In this document: piece after piece, positions 52,165-64,000 of the stretch | Numbering within the stretch: the first letter of the stretch is position 1 | Layout of the letters: the number at the start of each line of letters is the position of its first letter | Assembly (NCBI GenBank): GCA_964016885.1 | Contig: OZ024746.1 | Span: forward strand, 10,354,001 to 10,418,000 | DNA length: 64,000 nucleotides | Source: Eledone cirrhosa | Lineage: Eukaryota | Direction of reading: 5' to 3' | Notes under the pieces: generated by a model | Told to the model about the DNA's origin: nothing | Seen by the model: the letters and a program-made list of their open reading frames with translations, nothing else | Database searches by the model: none | Made by a program: the position numbers and the translations under genes

Positions 52165-52340
52165 GGGTTGATCCTGTGGCAGTGGAGACTTCTGTTGTTC
52201 TTGTCCCTCGGACCACATCCCTACTCAGTGCTATCGGGGTAGAGTTGGTTGCCCGTGAGGTGGAGTGGCTGTTTCAGCATGTCTTCCTCTCTGTGTGTTT
52301 CTGAGGCAAGTTCTTCTTCACCCTTTCTGCCAGGACCATT
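52165..52340 (+). mobile_element. 5'-truncated, diverged second copy of the CRE-clade element (RLE C-terminus)
   Basis: tggcagtggagacttctg...cccgtgaggtggagtggctgtttcagcatgtct aligns to 49550-49720 (tggcagtggagacttctg...cccgcgagttggagtggcttttccagcgcgtct). Confidence 0.8.
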
Positions 52341-55300
52341 AGGTGGAGTGATCCTTGAACAGAGTGAGAGATAAATATGGATCAGACACAGACATATGGC
52401 AAAACTGTGAGTCACCTGCTGGCTTGTGGGCTTCACCATTATTGGATTGCTTCAGAAATGACACAAAGAATGTTTGTGACAGCTCAGGAAAGTAGATAAA
52501 CTGAAGCAATAAAAGAGCCCCTCTCTCTCTATGTTGGTTGACCTGCTTGCTTTTACAACCCTCTATCAAATCACACACTACCATCTTAAAAATAAGAAAG
52601 GTATATAATTGAATAAATATATCCCTTCTCTTATTAAAACTGGTTGCCTTGTGTTATGTATGATATTATTATTTAGATAATTTATAACTTTAAAACGTAT
52701 ATCATATTTTGTACATAACTTTACATTTTTATACAATATCTGTATGTTTACTTAGAAATCTATCTAATTTTCCCTTTCAAGAAATTAATTAAAAATATTA
52801 AAAGCTCCTCTTAATCACAATGATTTTATGTAATGAATGATAAGAACAAGACATAATTAGTTTTATGTGAGAAAGATTTGTAAAAGTTTTAACAGTTTAA
52901 TTAATAAACGAAGAAAACATCTAAAAAAATAAAAAGAATTTTTCATTAAATTAATTGGGACAATATTTTTTTAATGTGATATATGCATGAAAAGTTTTAA
53001 ATTTTTATCAAGTTAGTTTTATATTTTTTCATTTCTTTACAACATATAATATGTATTTAAAAAAGAACAACAACAAAAAAAGTCGTAATATTAATAAAAA
53101 CAGCTGTACAGAAACGTCATTAGCTTATTTTGGGTCCTATAATTGAAGCAACAATTTTTAGAAATAAACAATTTTAAACAAGGTAAAAAAAATTTGTAAA
53201 GATCAATTACATTTAATTAACCTTAATTAAGCTTTACATTATGCATAATAACATTAAAAATTGACATTCGATGATGTTTCTTAAATTAAAGACAAAACTT
53301 AGTGATATATGCTAACGTTAGATGATAAAAGTATGGATGTCCAAAAATGCTTCTAAGCTCTGCGATTACAGAGCTTTTTTTCGTTGTATTTCATTTGGCT
53401 TAACGTCGCTGTAAAACTTCAATAAATTACTGATTTAATGTTTTTTGCTTTTCGTTTTATTGTTTTATTTTAGATATTGAATAATTAGTATAAAACCTTT
53501 ATATAAATTGTGTTGTCATTGGGTACGAATCAGGTCAATTTAATTACTACGGCTATTCTTTCATCATCACCACCTCCACCATGTTTACCAAGCAAGGGTT
53601 GGGCATGGATTCTTTGTGTTATTTAAGTGAAATATAATATATTTCTGAGCCAAATCGAAAATAATCGTTACCTCTTTTCCTTTATTCACCTTTTAGAAAT
53701 GGCAGACATCATCATTGCTGTTTTAGTGTCCACTTTCCCTGTTAGCAAGGGTTGGACGGGTCTACATAGACCAAGTCAGTACTGAAGCGGAGCCAGTGAT
53801 CTCCCAGGCCGGCCAGGCATCTGTATCTCACTTCATCTGTTTCAATGTTTCAGCAAGTGCACAGGAGAGGTTGTCATGTCATTGACACAACTGAGGGTCC
53901 CCCCGACCCTTTTGTTTTGATGCCCTTCCTATTGCCAACCACTTTACAGTGTGTACTGGGTGTTTTTATTGTGTAGATCACCAACACCAGGGAAGCTGTC
54001 ATGTCCTTGACATGGTTGAATCTCCTTCAAATTTTACCTGATTCTATAAAAATAGTTGAATGTACCAGTTACAATGTTTGGGTAATGGTTTGACAAACAA
54101 TTTTACAAAATGAGTTGCTACACCTACCCACAAGAAGTTACCTTCATAAATTAATAATTGTTTCTACTTTTGGCAAAAGGCCAGTAATTACCCAGTGTAT
54201 TACTGGTACTTTATTTTATCGACCCCATAAGGATGAAAGGCAAAGTTACTTCATAAATTAATAATGGTTTCTTATTTAAGCACAAGGCCAATTTTTGGGG
54301 AGGGGGAAAGTCAATTAAATTGACCCCAGTGCATTACTGGTACTTTATTTTATCGACCCTGTAAGGATGAAATACAAAGAGGGCAGTGGATTATCAGTAT
54401 TGGTAGTGTCGGACATGCTTCGCGGCATAGAGTTACGGCCCTTTACGTTCTGATTTCAAATACCACTGAGGTTAGCTTTGCCTTTCATCCTTACAGGGTT
54501 AATAAATTAAAGTACCTGTAATGTGCTGGCGTTGATTTAATTGCTGGCCTTGTGCCTATAGTAGAAACAGTTATTTAGTTGAAAGTTAGTTATTTTACTA
54601 AAGCTCTTGTAATTATTAATTATTTTGATTATTTTGAAAGCACAAAAGTAATAAACTAAGTACTATTGATTATTGAGATCAATTGAATCAACTATACTTG
54701 CTATTTTTTAAAATTCTTTAGCATTTAAATTAATCTATATTTACTATTGTATTTTTGCTGTAAAGGCTTTCATGACGGTGCCCCTACGAGTCCATCAGGA
54801 GTCAAGAGCTTCTTTTCTTAAAAATTCTTTACTTATAGTTAAAAACCAATGAAGCTATTATTTCTTGAAATTGCAAAGTAGTGGAGTAGCAGACAAAATA
54901 CTGTATTTAGTTATGTTGGTATGAGGTTCAACTTTACCATATGATTTTATGGTGCCAATGAAATATGTACCCATTATGCACTGGAGTCATTTTCAAATGT
55001 GAGGCCAAACAAAAGCCATGGGAACTATCTATCCTTCCTCCTCTAAATAAGCCATTAAAAAAATGTATTCATTTTTCAGTTAATGTTAAGAGAACATTTT
55101 CCAATTTATACTTCTTTTTTAATGAAATATTTTAGTTTCTTTACATGTGTGGTGAGTGGTAGAAACAGTGGGGAGGTAGATTAACCCCTTTGATAACAAA
55201 CTGCTTCTAGTTCTATGATACTAAACTATTTATATATATCTAAAAACCTTCCATCATAATTTTATGTAAGAATCCTTGTTAACCTTCAGAACACAGCCAG

Positions 55301-55409
55301 CGACAAATTGCAACAAGAGAGTAATCTCCCCTTAATACATAATGCAGTATCAAGGGAAGCAATTCATTAAAAAAATCAGCATACTGAAGATTAAGATATG
55401 TTCCAAACA

Positions 55410-55785
55410 CAAGCTTAATAATGAGCACCTTTTTGAATTCCATGTGTCTAACACACCTGGCCATACCTACAAAATCAGAAAACAGCACAGCTCCCATGAC
55501 TTTCAGAAACATTTTTTCACGCTCAGAGTTGCTGAAGCATGGAACAAACTACCTGCATCAGTTGTTAGCTGTCAGGACACTGCATCCTTCAAAACTTCCA
55601 TGCTTCCTGAAATTCACCAACACTACACCTGATATTCCTGCTCCATACACATGCATATGTATCATGACTCATGCACTGTTCACTTTCTTGACATTTGTAC
55701 ATTATTCTATGTACTATACATGCACCTTTGATGAGTTGTAGAGCCCTTGAGCACTGTACACAATAATTTTCATTATTCTTATTAC
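55410..55785 (+). mobile_element. CR1 LINE 3' end (same family as 27102-27370), nested in a TTAA MITE
   Basis: NTPGHTYKIRKQHSSHDFQKHFFTLRVAEAWNKLPASVV; closely similar to 27102-27370. Confidence 0.9.
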
Positions 55786-56204
55786 TAAATCCCTCTAAAT
55801 TCTCGATTATTTTCAAAATTATTTAAAAAATCATAGGCAGTGTCTTTTATTAGAAATACAGTAATGAAGGAATTAAATGCCTTGTGTTATTTAGTTATAG
55901 ATTTTGAGTCCTGCCAGGTTTAACTTTACCTTTTATCCTATTCAGATTTATAAACAATAAGTACCATTAATATAGTGGAGTGATCATGTCAATTAAAACA
56001 GGTCTAAACATTTGTAATCATCAAACACAACCTTAGTTAGTTTTTGTATTAATTAGCTACACACATGATGATGACACCTTTAACATCACCCCTTAACCAT
56101 GTATCTCCAAGATCTTCAGTTTGATGGGACTGAAAGACCTGCAGTGGTTAATGCTTGACATCTAGTAGAAAAGATCGAAAAATTGGTTTATTAATTCAAT
56201 TATT

Positions 56205-56375
56205 TATGAGGGCCTGCTGAAATGTTGATAGGCTGACCAAGATACTCTCAAGGGATGACCAAATGAGGTTTATTTTTCAACATTGTTCCTGGAAAGAAAC
56301 ATTGCAGTTATTAATAAGAAGAGTTGAAATTAATGCAGGCAAGATTTCATAGCTCTAGCCTTAAGTTTCTTGCAT
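56205..56375 (-). mobile_element. Internally deleted derivative of the 4330-5486 mariner
   Basis: ataggctgaccaagatactc...gaccaaatgaggtt...tttcaa (like 4352-4400) joined directly to tggaaagaaaca(t/a)tgcagtt (like ~5464-5484). Confidence 0.7.
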
Positions 56376-57439
56376 GCAAGTGTTAGGAGCTCTCAAATGT
56401 TTTCTAGTTCATAGCCTCAAGTTGATACCGAAGTTGAGTTTAAATATTCATTTTATTAAGGCAAAATAGTGAGGGTGGTGGACCAGAGTCGTCAAACACT
56501 CCCTCCAGCAAGTCCTGTCAGAAGCAATCGTCTGCAACCTATCCAGCTGTATCCCCAAGCGAGACCAGTCAAGCTCATGGATGTTATCCAACTATCTTGC
56601 TCAGGGTCTACCCCTTGGTCTCCTGTCGGTTAGTTTTGTCCGTAAAAATCTGTCCAGCAATTCTTTCCCTGAGACATTCTAACCACATGTCCATAGTATC
56701 GGAGCTATGATCTCTTTATTTGGAGAAGTATCAGCTCTACCTGGAGTGACTCTCTGTTCTCTAAGCTACCCACTCTATCAAGTAATGTCACCCCAAAGAC
56801 TCTTTAGAGGAACCCCATTTTGGCTGCTTGTATTCTTTCGGTCATTACCCAAGATTCATGACCATAGGTAAGGGTTGGCATGAATACCGAATAGAAGTAT
56901 GGCTTTTACGCCTACCTCCCTTCTTCTGATTACTGAATGCTGAAGGTAGAGCATTACTGCACCAGCTCCTGCAATTATTGCACTTAATTGAACCTTCTGC
57001 CTTCCATCACTCATGATCATCATAGTGGATCCAGAAAAATAGAGTCCAGAATTATTCTTGATAGAATATAAACATAGATATATGGAATTCTATGTTGGCT
57101 TTTTGTTATACTTCCTTTTAAGGAAATTTAATTATATAATAAAAAGAGACTACTGGGAAGTCAATTAATGGTTTTTGTTGTTTTAAAAGGGAATAAATTC
57201 CTTTGATTAGACTTTGGTATAATTTGTATATTCATAATTGGCTTTCGAAAATGACTTGAATATTGCCATTCTTTTCTGTTGTATTATTTCTCTTGTAGTT
57301 CATACTTTTATTTAATAATAACGACGAAGTAGTATGAAACAGTTTGGAAATTAGTCGGGAAAAATCTGCCACTAATTTCAAAGTACTACAATACGACGAA
57401 AAGCAGAAAATGACATTTTCATAAATATATGTCCTGAAA

Positions 57440-57652
57440 GAGCTTCCGTATATACTTAATTCTTGGTGATGAGTTTACTTCCGCTGAAGCAGCACTCAGA
57501 ACTGTGACGTCATCACATTATGGCGCAGGAAGTGTGAACAGGTGCCTGTTGTTATTCGATAAAAATGGTTCCCATCACATTTTTGGTTAATAATCTTTCT
57601 GATTATCATCTCGTACATGTTTTTTTACGGATTAACTGTAATCAAGGTTAGT
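57440..57652 (+). promoter_or_regulatory. Candidate promoter and first exon of a downstream gene
   Basis: ACTTCCG (57477), TGACGTCA (57505-57512), ATGGCG (57520) and CAGGAAGTG (57526) are clustered; donor-like AAG|GTTAGT at 57646/57647; locally raised CpG. Confidence 0.45.
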
Positions 57653-60600
57653 CTAAAAGCTTTCAATTATTGTTGACTTTATTGATATGAATCCTTGTGT
57701 AGAAAATATCCATAAAAAAGATGTTTTTTTTTTAACGTGCTGATTTCACTACTACACCACGTCAATACTGAAAAAGAAAACGAAAATACTTTTCGTCTTT
57801 AAAATTGTCAATTTCCTATTTAGAAAATATTTATTTGTTATTTGGAATTGATATTATACATAAAGATCTTTGTTAACTCGGCTCTTTAGACTCTACTGAA
57901 ATGTGAAATTTACGACGTTACAAAACACTGCTATATCTTAAACATTTTGACATTTTTACGTATCATTTTGCTATACAATAACACAAATAACACTCTTTTT
58001 ATTCATTTTTTCTTTGCTTCGATATTGACCTTTTTGATTGTTTATTATTTAGAATCTATTACTTCTTGATGATGATTAGAATTAGAGAGTTAGAACTGCT
58101 TAAGAATACGTTTCAATAGAGATGGTTACAATGTGTTATTTATGTATTAAACAGCAGATTTGATTCATCAGATTTATTATTCTTGACACAGATTTCTTTA
58201 TATTTCGTATTTACTGTTCGTATCTTTCCACTTATGTTTTAATACATGAATCGTATTTTTTTTTTAAATTATAAAATAAAAGAAAGTAAGTAAATAAAGC
58301 TCCATTCTCTAGTGTGAATTCTAGCTTCATTGATAAATAACTACCTTATATTATCACTATTGTTGAATGCTTTAAATACGAGTATATTAAATAGTTTAGA
58401 ATCTCACTATTTTGAATTCAATTCACATTGTAGTCAACTTTTCTTTTTATTTGTTTGGAGTGGTGTTAAATTGTCGGAGTCTTTTCACTGCAAAATTGGA
58501 CTTGTGCCTTATCAAAAGAAATGGTTAAGAGATGAAGAAGAAAAAAAATAAGAACGACAGTTCTGTGAATTCACCTTCGAAAAATTTTATTAAACAGAAA
58601 TTTTAATTCATCACTAAATAAATTGTTTCTGAAATATTTTCCCTTCCTTATTTTATGATCCAGTATTTTTTTGGTATCTTCTTAAATAGAATTAGTTACT
58701 TCCGCCTTTGGATTACTACTGGTATTACTGTGGATTAAGAAGTTTGTTTCGTAAAGTTCTAATAAAAAACTGATTAAGACAAAAATCACAAATCTCTTAA
58801 CTTGTTTCTCCACTTTCTTTTTTAACCTGTTATAAAATAGTTTCTTGCTTAATTAATTTTCCTCCGTCTTATAAATAGCAACACATACAAGTTAATGCCA
58901 TTCCTTCACTTTCTATAAGCGAATAATTGTTTATTATTTACAAATAAAGATATAATAATGATAAATGAATTAGAAATTATTATTATTAACCTTAGAAAAC
59001 AAACAGCTTTGTTATTACTTTTGTAAATTTCTATTTTCTTTTTTATTTTGAGGAAGGGGGTGCTCGGAAACTGCTTTGGTGAATATTTTGTATATTTTTG
59101 TAGTTTTAGGTTGCTTTTGTTTATATGAGCTGAATTAGGTCAATGTATTTCTATGTCAGAAAACTTCGCATTTTTTCTCTTTTCAAATACCATGTTAAAG
59201 TGGACATTTCTCGTAAAATAGTTTAACTACGCAGACAAGCACGTGACGATAATTTGGGAATAGGATTAGGGATCTATTTTAAATTTATTATTTTGTAACT
59301 ATTCGTAATTAATGTATATTTATGATAATCCTCTGGCTGTAATACTATTAAAAAATGTTCAAGTAAATGTTATATTTTTAGGTAAAAATCAGTGCATTTA
59401 TTTATAGGCGTTTTTCTTTCTTTCTTTTTGAGATCTTAATTAATACTAAAGAAAAGAGAAGAAATTAAAAACGATCTATTTAAAGACTTAATTTACAGGA
59501 CTGGACCTATTTGTATACGTTTGAGTATTTTGAAAGAAAATAACGAGGTTATTTGTATACATTTGAGTATAGAAAGAAAAATAACGAGCTTCAATTCAGT
59601 GTCTGCATATCCCAGTGTCTGCATATCCGATCCTTGTGCCCGATATTTTATCGGGCAATAGTATAAATTCAAAGAAAGAGAATAATCTTCCACCATCATC
59701 TGAAATGTACATTGCCTCATGCTTTGCGATGCTATGCAATTGAAAGCTAATTATATGCAGGACTGATCTACCCCGTAGACATTTATTTCTCTGCTCCATC
59801 GTGTTTACAACAGTAACACTTCGTTTCTTTGTTGGTGATGTAAGCAGACTGTAATGTTTCCAAAGCGAATATATGTATTCGAAAAAGAAAAGTGATGGTG
59901 GTGATGATAATTTAAGGTATGCATCTTGTGATAGAATATAAGCACGTTACTGCTAGCTTTTAACTTTTAATCTTATTCCGAAGTTCTTTCTGATAAGGGT
60001 TAATGTTTCTTCTAAAATATCGATGTCTTCTAAATTTGATAAACGCCAAAGATTTCGGAAATCTGTTCTTGTTTTTTATGGTAGAAAATTGTCTTTTATT
60101 GAAACAGTTCTTACGAGATATAATTCTACGTCAAATCAATTATATTTCACACTTGACTAATTTTTAAAGTTTATTATTTATCTAATCTAATTAACCGTTA
60201 CATTGAATATACATTTTTGCACATACCTTTTTTGGATATCGATAAATAATGTGAAATAAGTTAGATTGTTATTTTCTATTGTGTACTATTTTTTTAACCA
60301 AATTATAGACCAAGGCATCATTCATTCATTATCGCACAAAACATTAATAAGGTACTAAATCAAGGTTCCTAACTTTATAATTACTTTGGAAAATTTACTA
60401 TTGCATTTCCATCCATTTCTTAATATCGTTGAATAAAGGATTTGAGAGAAAAAAATTAACTTCAGATTTTACACATTACATTACGATTCTTTTTAGAAGT
60501 AACAGCAAGTTTTACATAGGTAACGAAAAAGGGGTGTATATCCTAAAAGTTCGCCTTCATTGTCTTTTGTTTATCTGATTTTAAGAAATCCTTTCACTTT

Positions 60601-63600
60601 TTTTTTTAATCAATTGTGCTAATATGCAATGAATATAAAATAGGAACATTTTGCAAATAGTCTTTAAAAGTCTTGACCAGTTTTGTAAATTATCCCAGAA
60701 AACTGGTCATTTTTTTTTCAATTTTCGGGGCTTGCTGTAATCATAAACTATTAAAAAAAAAAAAAAAAAACCAGTTTGTTTAGGGAAATGCTTTATTAGA
60801 TAGAATAAAATTTATCTTTATTTACAGTAGTGTTGAGGGAGCTTCTACATGACCGCTCAATCTGTTAGAAATAGCTGCTAAATCCCTTTTAACCCATAAC
60901 TTACGTCTTTAAAAAAAGCTACAGTGATAGTACTACGAAACTGTAGTTACAAAAAGTGGAATGGTCACAAACAAGACTTCGTAAGCCTGGGACTAAATCA
61001 GAACAGCGTAAGAGTGTTAGGAAAAATGAAATAAACATTGTTCTAAAGACGATTTCAGGAACAATTGATTGATAGAATTAGTAAACTTTTAATTCTCAAA
61101 TAAATTATAAGATATGGAGTTTCTCTTTTGAAAAGGGAGTGATATAGATGTAAAAAAGACTATTCTTTTTATATTTGATTGTTGAGCCCCTCTTGAAAGA
61201 GTAGACAGAATCAAACATTCCAGTCGTGACCATCACGTCTTTTGATTTTCACATAATATCCAGGATTATATTATCAACTATTCTTAAAGACGGGAGGGTG
61301 TGATTTGGCTGCTATTTCATTCATTTCAAGAGACAACATGAGCGGCTCTCTCATTGATTAGGTTTGATGTAACTTTCTAAAACAAATATAACGTTACTTT
61401 CTGTAAGGAAGTATAACGTAGCAGTTAGTGGGAGATAGTTTCCATAATACTTTGAAACTCTGACTACAATGACGGACAGCTAGGCAGGGTTCATTTATGT
61501 TAGTTGGGAGAAGACGTAGGCAGAGATGGAATTCTAGAGGTGGTACACGTCTGTGAAAGAATTATTGATATAGATGTATTGTTTGTAGTGGTTGAGCAGA
61601 GGTACTTAAGCCAAAGTATTCAATTAAAAAAAGAAATGAACTATTCGAAACCATATGATTGAAATAGAGTAGAATACAGCAGGTATGTACTTTCTTTCCT
61701 GCTGTTTGTTGTAAAAATGAAAGATTTATATTAAAATCCAATTTATTATTTGTATTCATTAAGCGTGCAATGCATGTCTTGCATTCATGCAGAAACGCCA
61801 CTGGTGGTGAGACATAGTATAGTTGAAGAAAGGAAGAGAGGCGTTCTCTCTCTCTATCACCCTGTCTCTATCTCTCTCTCTTTCTCTCTCGGAGAGAAGG
61901 TAAGAATGTGTGACTTGCAGGAAGCAGTGGGCGGGGAACAGGAAAAAAAAGGTCTCATCAAATTTATCACGGTTATGTTTGGTTAACTTTTGTTTATGCT
62001 ATTGCGTTAGCTAAAACTGTGTTAACAGTGATTTAGGAGAAAAATGTTGTTTTACCAATAATAATTAAAGCATATAATCATTATTGGCTCAACATGAGTG
62101 TTTTTTCCTGTATTCTGTTATAGATTTTTGAGATAAGATAAGATTATAAAGAACAAACAACTTTTGAGATTTCAAGATCTAGTCTAATGAATGCGATACC
62201 TACACTATTTCGACTGTAAACACTAACACATTAGTTTATTCTATAGATGTTATTTTGGAAGCACTATATATTGATTATTTGGTGAATTGACATATATTGA
62301 CTAAGCAGAGAATTGGTTGGGTCGTTACAGAATAAGACAACATCTTTGACAGTATTTGTTCTGGCTCTCTGCTCTTTGAGTTCAAATCCCAGTGGAGTCA
62401 ACTTTGTTTTTTTTTATCCTCTCTTGGTCGATAAAATAAAGTGGGGTGTATTGTTGGAATTGTTAGGTTGTTGGGCGAAGTTCCTCGTGGTATTTGTTCT
62501 GGCTCATGATGTTCTGAGTTATTGGGTAACAGACTTAATCTGCTGCCTAGTCCTTGGGTTTCCCTTTTGTAGAGTTCATTCCTTTGCAAGTATTCATGCT
62601 AGTTCTCCAGTTTGAAGACACTAAGTCCCTCCCCCAGAGACCCTGTGCTGCCGCGTAAATAAAAAAAGCATTCCTTAATTCTGTAGTAACTGCTTGAACA
62701 AATTTCAAATTTGAAACAAAATGTTTTATTTGTTACTACAATTGTTTAAACCCGTTAATATATTTCTAATGAAAGAAAGACACTACCTATGAATTTTCAA
62801 AATTATTTGAAAATAATCAAGAATTTGGATAAACTTACTAATATACATAAGTTTCTCGTTATTTATCTGGTATTTGGAACATAACTTAACAAAGGACCTT
62901 TCATAGAATTATGATGGAAGGCTTTTAGATAAATATAAACACTTAAAAACAAACAAGTCCATATTGTAAAATCAGGTGCAGAATAGTATCAAAAGTAAGG
63001 TAATTTTTCTGCTATGTGGGGGCAGGCACCCCACGACAAGCTCTTCCATTTTATCCTATTGTCTGTATCTCCATCTTTTGTTGAGCTATCTCTTCATCTA
63101 CTTCTTCTTTTTAGATGAGTTACTGTTAAAATACTCTTAAAATGCTGGACCAATATCAAGGAAGTTACTTAACTCTTTTGACACCAACCTGCCTTAAACC
63201 ACGCCTGGTTCTGTGATACAAAACTGTATTTATCTAAAAACCTTTCAAATACCAGCTTCTTTGCCCACTTATTCCTGGGAGGGTCCTCAATCATGCCTTC
63301 CAGCTTGTCCTGTCAGAAGCAACTGTCTTTAACTGATCCAGCTGGATCCTCAAGTGAGATCAGCTGAGCTCATGGATATTATCTAACCCACTACACACTT
63401 ACATATACTATATATACTATATATATATATATATATATAGTATATGTATGTGTAGGCATGTAAGTATGTATACTTACTAGCTTGAGGTCTACCCCTGTGT
63501 CTCCTGCCGGTTGGTTTTTGCCTGTAAAATCTGTCCAGTGATTATTTTACTAAATCCTCCTAAATTCCTGATTATATTCAAAAGGATTTGAAATTACACA

Positions 63601-64000
63601 ATAAATCAGCTACCCCAAAATAACATTTTCGAAAAATATTCACCACATTTGTTTCCAATAACAAGTATAATTGTTTCTACTTTTGGCACAAGGTCAGCAA
63701 TTACCCAGTGCATTACTGGTACTTTATTTTATTGAGCCTGTAAGGATGAAAGGCAAAGTTAACCTTGGTGGGATTTGAACTCGGAATGGAAAGCAAGGCA
63801 CCCAATCCTCTACCGATACTGCCAATCCACTAGTATAATGCAGAGATAAAGCCAAAATCTAGTTATATTTGTTTTTGAATTTTTGTTTATGGAGTTGGTC
63901 AGCCAGGAAGAAGGGTCTGTGTCCACAGCCATCACCAAAGCATCTAAACTCTAATGGTCAGATTTACTTTAATGCAAACTCTATGGTAATCTTTCATTTT

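Noticed and set aside
57561-57646. Hydrophobic frame KWFPSHFWLIIFLIIISYMFFYGLTVIK as a signal/TM exon
   Set aside because: Immediately preceded by an in-frame TAA with no upstream ATG or clear acceptor; T-rich DNA gives such peptides by chance.
480-62615. The many 60-120 aa ORFs rich in I/Y/C/F/H
   Set aside because: They arise from microsatellites, SINEs and AT-rich sequence, and show no domain signatures or splice context.
63391-63456. Inverted symmetry around a (TA)n tract
   Set aside because: Low-complexity CA/TA/TG repeats are inherently self-complementary.

Overview
AT-rich, repeat-dense animal genomic DNA. The SINE/RTE/MITE repertoire looks like that of a coleoid cephalopod, probably an octopod (inference from recalled repeat motifs, not a database search). 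One host gene is reconstructable: a plus-strand Rab40 (Rab GTPase + SOCS box + CAAX). Its five coding exons lie at 13282-13342, 18850-18910, 20869-20946, 27587-27809 and 28883-29124; the P-loop exon was not found and is presumably upstream. The 3' UTR may be very long (to ~43.9 kb). The rest is mobile DNA: RTE and CR1 LINEs, Meta-type and V-type tRNA SINEs, mariner and DD37D (maT) transposons, three TTAA-flanked MITE families, and Penelope-type hammerhead remnants. There is also a GC-rich, decayed CRE-clade non-LTR retrotransposon (~46.4-49.8 kb) with an N-terminal PHD finger, RT, zinc knuckle and restriction-like endonuclease. A candidate promoter/first exon of the next gene lies near 57.5 kb. 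Most notable: the PHD-bearing CRE element; a 109-bp palindrome built from a hammerhead ribozyme missing its CUGANGA core; an intragenic duplication that gives empty and filled sites for two insertions; an ATTAT target and shared truncation point for a young SINE; and a duplicated 3'-end module. Repeat boundaries were read by eye and are approximate.
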